The translations under genes were made by a program, and so were the position numbers. Below are positions 54,066 to 64,000 of a stretch of 64,000 nucleotides of DNA, in pieces. Under the pieces are notes generated by a model. The model was not told the DNA's origin and searched no databases. It saw only the letters and a program-made list of their open reading frames with translations. Position 1 is the first letter of the stretch. Each line of letters starts with the position of its first letter. Source of the DNA: Octopus sinensis (Eukaryota); contig NC_042998.1 of the NCBI RefSeq assembly GCF_006345805.1, forward strand, positions 33,852,001-33,916,000, given 5' to 3'.

Positions 54066-54692
54066 ATTACAGCCACAAGACCTGAAATTTGGGGAAGGGG
54101 ACTACTAGATTACATCGACCCCAGTGCGTAACTGGTACTTAATTTATCGACTCCGAAAGAATGAAAAGCAAATTCGACCTCGGCGGAATTTGAACTCAGA
54201 ACGTAGAGGCGGGCGAAATACGGCTAAGCATTTCGTCCGGCGTGCTAATGATTCTTATTTCTTTATTGCTCATAGGGGGCTAAACATAGAGGAGACAAAC
54301 AAGGACAGACAAAGGGATTAAGTCGATTACATCGAACCCAGTGCGTAACTGGTACTTAATTTATCGACTCCGAAAGGATGAAAAGCTAAGTCGACCTCGG
54401 CGGAATTTGAACTCAGAACGTAGCGACGAGCGAAATATCACTAAGCATTTCGTCCGGCGTGCTAACGATTCTGCCATCTCAATAACCCATTCTACTATTG
54501 GCACAAGGCTTGAAATGTCGTAAGTGGGGACTGAGTCGATTTTATTGTCCTCGGTACTCAACTGGTACTCCTTTTATCGATGAGAAAGGATGAATGGCAA
54601 AGTCGACCTCAGCAGCATTTGAACTCAGAACTCAGAAGACGGACAAAATGCTGCTAGAAATTTTGCCTGGAGTGCTAACGATTCTGCCATCT
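54066..54692 (-). mobile_element. Cluster of SINE family B units (dimer 54066-54480 plus monomer 54490-54692)
   Basis: Consensus blocks repeated three times. Confidence 0.85.
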
Positions 54693-55191
54693 TGCCAACT
54701 TAACAAGAATAAGGGAAAAGAAGAAAAGTGAAATATTTCCGTTTTGACAATCGTTTTAACAGTTGGATATTTCCGATCTTTAAACACTTCATTCTTTCAA
54801 TTCAAATATAAATTGACGACAGCACATCTTAAAGCTAGTTCTAAGCCGACTAAAAACAATACGTGGCGGAGAAGAGAATTAATATCATTGTCTGATTAGC
54901 AACATCAAAATCTTTTTGTATCATCGATGTTCGTTAGAAATATAAATTATTTTACAATCGTTAACCGAAATCCTGACATAACATCAAACTAAGAGGAAGT
55001 AACTCTCAAGATTCAATATAGGAGAGTGAAATCTTGACATGGCTTTGCCGAAACGAATTTTAACTAACTGGATTTGTGCGGAACTGCATTTATGAGTCAT
55101 TTCTCTATACTGTTTATGAACTAACTACCATCTGTGCACAGATCAGCCCTGTCAGCTGCTTAATTTTGTTACAATAGTTGTCGGATTGGTG

Positions 55192-57365
55192 TATATATAT
55201 ATATATATATATATACACACAAAATACAAAGTTATATCTTGAGATCGCTAGTGATAACAATACTCAAAATATATAACAGACTGGAATTGTAGTGCTCCAA
55301 ATGAGCTATATTCCACTTGTTAATCTGAGGGGAGGCAATGTTTTATAATTTTAAGCGAGAGAAATATTATATATGCAACATTGATTCTTATATATTTATA
55401 TATATATTATATGATGTTTATTTATTTATTTATTTATTTATTATATTTTTAAACGTCGGGCTTTATATCTGTGCTGTAGATATAAATGAATATATGAATA
55501 TATTTGATCTTTCTGTGGATTTTGTAATGTTCCTTTAGTTGCTGCTCACATTGCTCCCCTCAGATTAACAAGTATATATTATATGTATGTGGAGCGCAAT
55601 GGCCCAGTGGTTAGGGCAGCGGACTCGCGGTCATAGGGATCGCGGTTTCGATTCCCAGACCGGGCGTTGTGAGTGTTTATTGAGCGAAAACACCTATAAG
55701 CTCCACGAGGCTCCGGCAGGGGATGGTGGTGATCCCTGCTGTACTCTTTCACCACAACTTTCTCTCACTCTTACTTCCTGTTTCTGTTGTACCTGTATTT
55801 CAATGGGCCGGCCTCGTCACTCTCTGTGTCACGCTGAATATCCCCGAGAACTACGTTAAGTGTGCACGTGTCTGTGGAGTGCTCAGCCACTTACATGTTA
55901 ATTTCACGAGCAGGCTGTTCCGTTGATTCGGATCAACCGGAACCATCATCGTCGTGACCGACGGAGTGCTTCCATATATATATGTTCCGTTGATTCGGAT
56001 CAACCGGAACCATCATCGTCGTGACCGACGGAGTGCTTCCATATATATATGTTCCGTTGATTCGGATCAACCGGAACCCCCATCGTCGTGACCGACGGAG
56101 TGCTTCCATATATAAAGGGCCGGCCTCGTCACTCTCTGTGTCACGCTGAATATCCCCGAGAACTACGTTAAGTGTGCACGTGTCTGGGAGTGCTCAGCCA
56201 CTTACATGTTAATTTCACGAGCAGGCTGTTCCGTTGATTCGGATAAACCAGAACATCATCGTCGTGACCGACGGAGTGCTCCCATATATATGTTCCGTGA
56301 TTCGGTCACCGGACCCTCATCGTCGTGACCGACGAGTGCTTCCATATATATATGTTCCGGTGATCGGATCAACCGGAACCTCATCGTCGTGACCGACGGA
56401 GTGCTTCCATATATATATATATAACAATATATATATATGGAAGCCTCCGTTGATTCGGATCAACCGGAACCCTCATCGTCGTGACCAGAGAGTGCTTCCA
56501 TATATATATATATATATATATGGAAGCACTCCGTCGTCACGACGATGAGGGTTCCGGTTGATCCGAATCAACGGAACAATATATATGGAAGCACTCCGTC
56601 GGTCACGACGATGATGTTCCGGTTGATCCGAATCAACGGAAAGCCTGCTCGTGAAATTAACATGTAAGTGGCTGAGCACTCCACAGACACGTGCACACTT
56701 AACGTTCTCGGGGATATTCAGCGTGACACAGAGAGTGACGAGGCCGGCCATTGAAATACAGGTACAACAGAAACAGGAAGTAAGAGTGAGAGAAAGTTGT
56801 GGTGAAAGAGTACAGCAGGGATCACCACCATCCCCTGCCGGAGCCTCGTGGAGCTTATAGGTGTTTTCGCTCAATAAACACTCACAACGCCCGGTCTGGG
56901 AATCGAAACCGCGATCCTATGACCGCGAGTCCGCTGCCCTAACCACTGGGCCATTGCGCCTCCACATACATATATATATATACTTGTTAATCTGAGGGGA
57001 GGCAATGTGAGCAGCAACTAAAGGAACATTACAAAATCCACAGAAAGATCAAATATATTCATATATTCATTTATATCTACAGCACAGATATAAAGCCCGA
57101 CGTTTAAAAAAATAATAATAAATAAATAAATAAATAAATAAACATCATATAATATATATATAAATATATAAGAATCAATGTTGCATATATAATATTGAAT
57201 TTACGCTTAAAATCATAAAACATTGCCTCCCCTCAGATTAACAAGTGGAATATAGCTCATTTGGAGCACTACAATTCCAGTCTGTTATATATTTTGAGTA
57301 TTGTTATCACTAGCGATCTCAAGATATAACTTTGTATTTTGTGTGTATATATATATATATATATA
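55192..57365. repeat. About 2.2-kb fold-back: unique flank + SINE D (+, 55589-55972), tandem tail copies, SINE D (-, about 56524-56965) + mirrored flank
   Basis: 55210-55588 mirrors 56965-57346; an about 66-bp unit gttccgttgattcggatcaaccggaacc..accgacggagtgcttccatatatatat is repeated in the centre with increasing indels. Confidence 0.9.
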
Positions 57366-57573
57366 ATTTGTGCTACATATTTAAAACTACCTACGAGAGC
57401 AATCCGATCCATTACATTTTGGAAAATTTTTGTGATACTTTTTATGAAATCTAATTTGTTACCGTAGACGGGCAATGATTGAGTGATTAGTAATATCTTA
57501 CTCTACTGAGTCCAAATTCTACTTTAAAGTCATTTTCGTTTCTTCAGAGTTGATTAAACTAGTACCAACAATA

Positions 57574-57979
57574 GGCGCAGGAGTTGCTGTGTGGTAAGTA
57601 GCTTGCTTATCAACCACATGGTTCCGGGTTCAGTCCCACTGCGTGGCATCTTGGGTAAGTGTCTTCTGCTATAGCCCTGGGCCGACCAATGTCTTGTGAG
57701 TGGATTTGGTAGACGGAAACTGAAAGACGCCTGTCGTATATATGTATATATATGTATGTGTGTGTGTGTTTGTGTGTCTGTGTTTGTCCCCCTAGCATTG
57801 CTTGACAACCGATGCTGGTGTGTTTACGTCCCCGTCACTTAGCGGTTCGGCAAAAGAGACCGATAGAATAAGTACTGGGCTTACAAAGAATAAGTCCTGG
57901 GGTCGATTTGCTCGACTAAAGGCGGTGCTCCAGCATGGCCGCAGTCAAATGACTGAAACAAGTAAAAGAGTAAAAGAGA
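57574..57979 (+). mobile_element. SINE family A, full length
   Basis: Near-consensus; tail aagtaaaagagtaaaagag. Confidence 0.92.
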
Positions 57980-57999
57980 ATACACTGGGCATGAGGAAG

Positions 58000-58710
58000 C
58001 CCCACCCCATCCCACCGACTTTGTTTCTTCATAATTCCAGAAAAATGGATTTGTTTAATGAAATTCTATACAAATACGATTCAGATTGTGTAGATTACCA
58101 TTATATCGGAATTTATTGAGAAAACGTTTTCCTGTGGGTGGGGAGAGGAGTTTTGGAAAATTCGCATAGAAGTTGGCTTTGCTTCTTCATAACTTTCAGG
58201 AAAAAAAAATAAGTGTGGGGCATTTTTAAATGAAATTTTCAATAAACACTTTTCAGGGTGTGAAAATTACAATTATATCTGAATTTAAGATGAAAAAAAA
58301 AAATTTGTGGCCTCGCACACTGACACACATCACAATTTGTATAGCGCTTGATTCTGTGTGTATACATGTGATGTATGTCAGTGTGTATGTGTGCGAAGCC
58401 GCCAATTTTCCTTTTTTTTTTTTCATCTTAAATTCCGATATAAACGTAATCTACGCTCTTTGAAAGGTATTTAGAAAAGATTTCATTTTTTGAAAAAACA
58501 AAACAAAACACTTTTCTGAAAGCTATGAGGAAACAAATCCGATTCATGTGAATTTTCAAAAACTCATCTCCCCACCCACAGAAAAAGGTTTTCACAACAA
58601 ATTCCGATATAATCGGAATCTACACCATTCAAAGCATATTTGTAGAAAATTTGATTAAAAAATATCCAATTTTCTGGAAGTTATGAAGAAACAAAGTCGA
58701 TGGGTGGGGG
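58000..58710. mobile_element. Old palindromic (foldback) MITE-like element
   Basis: ccccaccccatcccaccgactttgtttcttcataa at the left mirrors ttatgaagaaacaaagtcgatgggtggggg at the right; the arms align with substitutions throughout. Confidence 0.7.
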
Positions 58711-58724
58711 CAGAGTTGTGCGTG

Positions 58725-59160
58725 TGTCATATCATCATCATTCATCATTGTTCGACCGTGGTCGAGACAATGGAATTTACCATGCTACGCCAGACTTCAC
58801 GGTCCATCATGGCATTACAGAGGTCCTGTTGCTGGATGCCTGTATCCCTGGAGATTACATCAGGGTAGGAGAGTGTGCGCCCTCTGGTATTGCGAGCAGA
58901 TAGCTTCCAGAGGAGAAGAGTAGAAATTACTTCTTTTTCAGCTCTACAACAATGTCCAGCAAATTGGACTCTCCTACCTTTCACAAGAGATGACACAGGT
59001 GGTAGTTTCCCATATATTTGCATTTTGGTTGGATGGCGCTCCCACGAGAGATTTTGAGCTCTCATAAGGAGGCGAGTGTAGGTTCCATCCAACCGCCTCT
59101 CAAGCTTCTTTGATAGCGTCCAGGTTTCTGAGCCATATAGTAGAATTGGTTCGACTGCAC
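58725..59160 (-). mobile_element. RTE-clade LINE 3' fragment, open frame, (TGA)n tail
   Basis: VEPILLYGSETWTLSKKLERRLDGTYTRLLMRAQNLSW..RRVQFAGHCCRA..AMMDREVWRS, then tgatgaatgatgatgat. Confidence 0.88.
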
Positions 59161-59698
59161 AGAGAGTAAATTAAAGACAGCTTTGAACTTAATCCTTGTG
59201 GTCCGATTAGTTGTATTTTGTAGGTGTTTTGGTTTGTTTTGTATAATTTGTTTTTAACAAAGTATTTTTTCGAAGTTGGGTTTTAATTGCGATGGAACCA
59301 AACTGGTTTTTATAAGGTTTGATTATAAATAAAAATTATATTGTTTAAATGGTAACCGGTAATAAAGTCAAAGGAAAAAAAAGTCATAGTAAGTCACAAT
59401 TTTGGCTAGGAAAATAAGTCGCAGGGAAAAAAGTCACAATTTATGGTATCAGGATAAAAGCCCCTAAGATACCCCATCCCGCCTATGACAAATCCCCCTT
59501 CCCGGACAAAACCTCTTATCAAACAATAATTAAAAACAAAAAAAAAAACTGAAATATTAGTTTTTTGGTGAGTTTTGTATTCAAGCGAAAAAAGAACTTT
59601 CACTTTCTACGTATCACTTTTTAAGATGAAACGGTTTTTTAATAATATCCTGTCTAGTTTTAATCGTCAGTATTGTCAAGCTGAATTGGAATAGTTTA

Positions 59699-59946
59699 CA
59701 ATGCTTCTTAATCGGGGGTCCTCTGGGATCCAGAGGAGTTTTTTTTTTTTGTTAAAAATTGTGCCATAAATTGTTTATACTTCTATAATGCACAAAATAT
59801 TCTAGCAATTTTTTTATGCAATACCTAATAATATTTAATAATAAAGATATAATAGGATTCTTTAAACATTGAATAGCTATGAGGGTCCACCAAGATAAAA
59901 TAGATATCGAAGGGGTCCGTAGATAAAAATTAGTTGAGAACGACTG
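59699..59946. mobile_element. hAT-type non-autonomous element, decayed
   Basis: Ends gttgagaacgactg and starts (c)aatgcttcttaatcgggggtcc, resembling CAGTGGTTCTCAAC termini; a related left end cagtggttcccaacc lies at 36292. Confidence 0.5.
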
Positions 59947-60041
59947 GTTAAAAGTAATAATTCCATGAAAACTAGAACCGTTTAATGTTAAAGTATGCCA
60001 TAATCACACCGAATTTACACAACATTATCTGAAAAATAATT

Positions 60042-60438
60042 GAAGTGGCTGTGTGGTAAATAGCTTGCTAACCAACCACATGATTCTGGGTTCAGTCCCA
60101 CTGCATGGCACCTTGGGCAAGTGTCTTCTACTATAGCCCCGGGCTGACCAAAGCCTTGTGAGTGGATTTGGTAGACGAAAACTGAAGGAAGCCCGTCGTA
60201 TATATGTATATATATATTTGTGTGTGTGTATATATGTTTGTGTGTCTGTTTGTCCCCACAGCATCGCTTGACAACTGATGTTGGTGTGTTTACATTCCCG
60301 CAAATTAGCGGTTCGGCAAAAGTGACCGATAGAATAAGTACTAGATTTACAAAGAATAAGTCCTGGGGTTGATTTGCTCAACTAAATGAGGTGCTCCAGC
60401 ATGGCCACAGTCAAATGACTGAAACAAGTAAAAGAGAA
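60042..60438 (+). mobile_element. SINE family A, full length
   Basis: Consensus blocks present; a further 3' fragment lies at 60665-60802. Confidence 0.88.
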
Positions 60439-60877
60439 AATGTAGCATCCATCTCACATTGCATCCATACATGCGCCAAAATTGTACAGTTTCCCACCTG
60501 CGAAGGAGCGAAGTAGGATGTGTCGAAACGATCGTTATGATCAATAAAGCCTTTCTGTATATTCCATTTTCCACTCAACGTACACTGAGGGATTCCTGAG
60601 GCAGATCCAGCAACAATTGTGCAATTATCGTGGATGATGTCCATAGGCATGTAAATTTTAAACTGTGTGTGTGTGTGACCGACCACCGCTTAACCAGCAA
60701 AAAGCTTCGATGATAATAAGTATTGGGGTCGATCCGTTCAACTAAAAATTTCTTCAAGGTGGTGCCCCAGTATGGCCTCAGTCTAAAAATTGAAACAAGT
60801 AATGTATATCACACTCGCTTACATTTCACCCTCCTCTACATTCCGTTCACAAATATCAACTTAGAAATGAACTCAGC

Positions 60878-60920
60878 TTTTGAAAACCACATCCTCTAAA
60901 AGAGGATGTGGTTTTCAAAA
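60878..60920. repeat. Perfect 20-bp-stem hairpin
   Basis: ttttgaaaaccacatcctct-aaa-agaggatgtggttttcaaaa. Confidence 0.95.
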
Positions 60921-63296
60921 AATCAGTTACAGCACATACCAAAGAAACTAAAATCATAAAATCCGCCACAATTGTTAGGCTTAACAAAATCTGATTCTTC
61001 ACAAATATAACCCTGCTAAATCTTCATCCCTAAAACGAGATTTCCTTTCAAGAACAGGAAATACTTCAGCCTTAAACAGTTGCTATCTCTCAGCAAAATC
61101 TCAAGTAAGATCCTCATGAATGTGTTCCTCATTTCTCAGATGGTACCGACACTGCACACGCAAATATTCTTCCTAGACCTCACCCAAAAAGTGATTCGAA
61201 TGATTAGCAAAAGACTTATAGCGATGATTCGAAACCGAACCGCTAGGTAGGTGATCATACATCAAAACCTATCACAGTAGTTTCACGTGACCAGTCTATT
61301 AAGCGACCAATCAGCATTAAGCCATTGTGAGATTCACTCTTCTAGAACCTTCTTTTTGTGCCCTATAGAAGAGCCGCTTTTTGGCGTCTACACATTTGCA
61401 AAGCATTGAGAGTGGCCAACTCCTTCACAAATCTCACCTCATGCCAGGCAGAATGTTGAGCGATATGTTAGATCCATCTTTCCCAGATCAAACAATTGCA
61501 GATATTTGCGTAGACGTCTCCAGGTTCTTGGACAGACTGAGCTAAACATTCCCACAATGTCTTATAAGTAACAACTTCGAATGCAGCGCGGTTTTCCCTT
61601 CTTTTCTCTCGCAGGATGTAATTATTGCTGCTGTTAGTTGTCAAAGACTAACGTAGTTTTGACTTAATGTGTGCGAGAATAAAATCTTTTCGTGGGTGTT
61701 GTTCAATTACTCCTTTACGCAGCCCATGAAACATATTTTCATTCATCAACTCAACCAGTTATCCCCATGTATCATCCAATACACATACAAACCACTCAAA
61801 CGACAGACTCATTTATCGACACTCTTCAACTTAGTTTAGGCGCATTATTCCGTTGCAACCAATTATTTTGGCTGGACTAGCAAGTTCAATAATGTTTCTG
61901 TCCAATGCACTTTCGGTTTTGCACCATTCCTGCAGTTTCTCCTCTAGAATAGTCGCAACAAACTTCGACTGAGAATTGTAGTTCCTTGAAATATCCTCCC
62001 TATATCGTTTTTATTTTTCCATAAAATGTCCACTTTCGTTGGTCATTTTATGGAAAGAAAATAATAGCTAATAAAAAAGTAAAAACATTAAAAAAGAACG
62101 ATAACCAGATTCTGAAATGGTCCATTAGAAGATACCCCGCTCCTTTTCCTGTACATCAAAAGTATAGAAAGACGGTGTCTACATTTCATTTTACTTCAGC
62201 CACAGCTAGGCTTTGTAATAATTCATTTTTTTTTTACTCCTATGGCTGTGCTTCAAATATTATTTAATGATAAGCTGTTAAAAACACAAATATTCAAATT
62301 AGGCAACCCTCTAAAGTATTAGATAATAATAATAATAAAAAACATTGTGTACAGTGCTCAGGTGCACTACAACTCATCTAAAGTGTATGTATAATCAGGT
62401 GTAGTTTCGGCGGATTTCGGAAAGCACGAGGGCCTTAAAGGATGCGGTGTCATGGCAGTCAAAACTATTAGCTGCTTTATATAAAAGCTAAGATTGTATG
62501 CTGTTAATGAAGAAAAGAAGTTGGGTATGTTTTCTTCGATGAGTGATCAACGAATTGTGAACCCTTAAAAAAATTAATTTAGGCCATATATGTTAACCAA
62601 ACTACTTTCACTTTGTCTAAGTTTAACTACTACTAAGTTAAACCGTATTTAACTAAGTTAAATACGATTGAATATTTTTATTCACTCCATGCTGCGGCCA
62701 ACTTTTGTCATACAAGATTTGTTTTGTACAATTAAAATTATTCTTTGTGTTGTCACTCTATTCTCCTATTTAAAAGCCTTTAAAAAAATTTAATTTCTAG
62801 TGTTGTGCGGGAACCATCATACCAAAGAATAGACCTAACGTTTCTCTGTGTCGTAAAAGGCGACTAAAAGAGGTTCAGGTAGGATTTGCACCCCACCCTC
62901 GTAAAACCCTCACCAGCAACAACTACCCAAGCAAATCTATGGGTTGGAGGGTTGTCGTTTGAATGGTGCAAAGGTGTCATCCGCCAGGAGCAGGGAATCG
63001 CCAATAAATGGTGGAAGCAGCGACTTGCTGTTCCATCGCATTCCCCTGTACTACTACTACTACATCCTGAACAGAATCTATGAGTTCGTTCGGTCAACTA
63101 GAAATGGCAGCCAAAATCTGTAATCATACACAAAAAATAACTGCGACAAAAATATTCCACAGCGCCATACCTTAAGAAGTATTATGTCCGAAACGTCATA
63201 ACTCATTCTTTCCTTTTGGATCAACCTAATAATATTCACTGAGAACGTCTCTTGTACCTTTGTCTGTGTTTTAGCTCTTTGTATTTGCTTTCCACG

Positions 63297-63869
63297 ACGG
63301 GCGAAATGCGTAGCCGTATTTCGTCTGCCGCTACGTTCTGAGTTCAAATTCCGCCGAGCTCGACTTTGCCTTTCATCCTTTCGGGGTCGATAAATTAAGT
63401 ACCAGTTACGCACTGGGGTCGATATAATCAACTTAATCCGTTTGTCTGTCCTTGTTTGTCCCCTCTGTGTTTAGCCCCTTGTGGGTAGTAAAGAAATAGG
63501 TATTTCGTCTGTCTTAAAGACGTTCTGAGTTCAAATTCCGCCGAGGTCGACTTTGCCTTTCATCCTTTCGGGGTCGATTAAATAAGTACCAGTTGCGCAC
63601 TGGGGTCGATATAATCGACTTAATCCGTTTGTCTGTCCTTGTTTGTCCCCTCTGTGTTTAGCCCCTTGTGGGTAGTAAAGAAATCGGTATTTCGTCTGCC
63701 GCTACGTTCTGAGTTCAAATTCCGCCGAGGTCGACTTTGCCTTTCATCCTTTCGGGGTCGATAAATTAAGTACCAGTTACACACTGGGGTCGATATAATC
63801 GACTTAATCCGTTTGTCTGTCCTTGTTTGTCCCCTCTGTGTTTAGCCCCTTGTGGATAGTAAAGAAATA
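63297..63869 (+). mobile_element. SINE family B head-to-tail trimer with 187-bp period
   Basis: Junctions at 63499/63500 and 63686/63687; units are nearly identical. Confidence 0.92.
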
Positions 63870-64000
63870 TATTTGTATTTGCTTTCTGCCACACACACAC
63901 ACACACGCGCGCATATGGGGCAGGGCAAAATTGGAAACTGAGGCAAAACGAGTAATTTCGTTTCCTAGTTCTTTTCTCCTTCCTATTTGAAATCATTACA

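Noticed and set aside
53282-54076. Hydrophobic minus-strand ORFs (receptor-like) or a decayed plus-strand piggyBac transposase
   Set aside because: Only scattered weak motifs (PKCI, CTHC) and many stops; a translated homology search is needed before either call.
55973-56520. CRISPR-like appearance of short repeated units
   Set aside because: There are no unique spacers; the units are copies of the SINE D tail in eukaryotic DNA.
61330-62050. Possible decayed Tc1-like transposase on the minus strand; strong AG acceptor at 61614
   Set aside because: The motifs are too degraded to confirm, and no convincing donor or open exon follows the acceptor.
62323-62460. Possible L2-like LINE 3' end on the minus strand with an (ATT)n tail
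   Set aside because: Only a short FKALVLSEIRRNYT* stretch and a tail support it; insufficient without a database search.
62800-62880. Possible HDV-like ribozyme (hairpin gtcg-taaaagg-cgac followed by taa, reminiscent of RTE 5' ends)
   Set aside because: A P4/J4-2-like part and partial P1/P2 pairings exist, but no P3/L3 could be built; at most a remnant.

Overview
This is AT-rich eukaryotic DNA saturated with repeats. It is most likely an octopus genome, inferred from the tRNA-derived SINE repertoire and not verified by any search. No intact host gene, rRNA, true tRNA gene or CRISPR array is visible, and nearly all listed ORFs are microsatellite artefacts. The window holds about 45 copies of four tRNA-headed SINE families (labelled A-D here), fragments of RTE and CR1 LINEs (one BovB-type RT fragment stays open for over 300 codons), decayed mariner transposases, four Helitron/Helentron-type non-autonomous elements, several palindromic MITEs, three large fold-back inverted repeats that may be assembly artefacts, and two candidate short plus-strand exons. 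The most notable signal is about 10 minimal type-I hammerhead ribozyme motifs with palindromic stem III and covarying stem I, sitting in short ORF-less Penelope-like terminal elements inserted in (TA)n tracts. Also notable are a 3' hairpin tail shared by SINE A and two CR1 LINEs, and SINE B multimers with a fixed junction. Element boundaries are read by eye (typically +/-10 bp).
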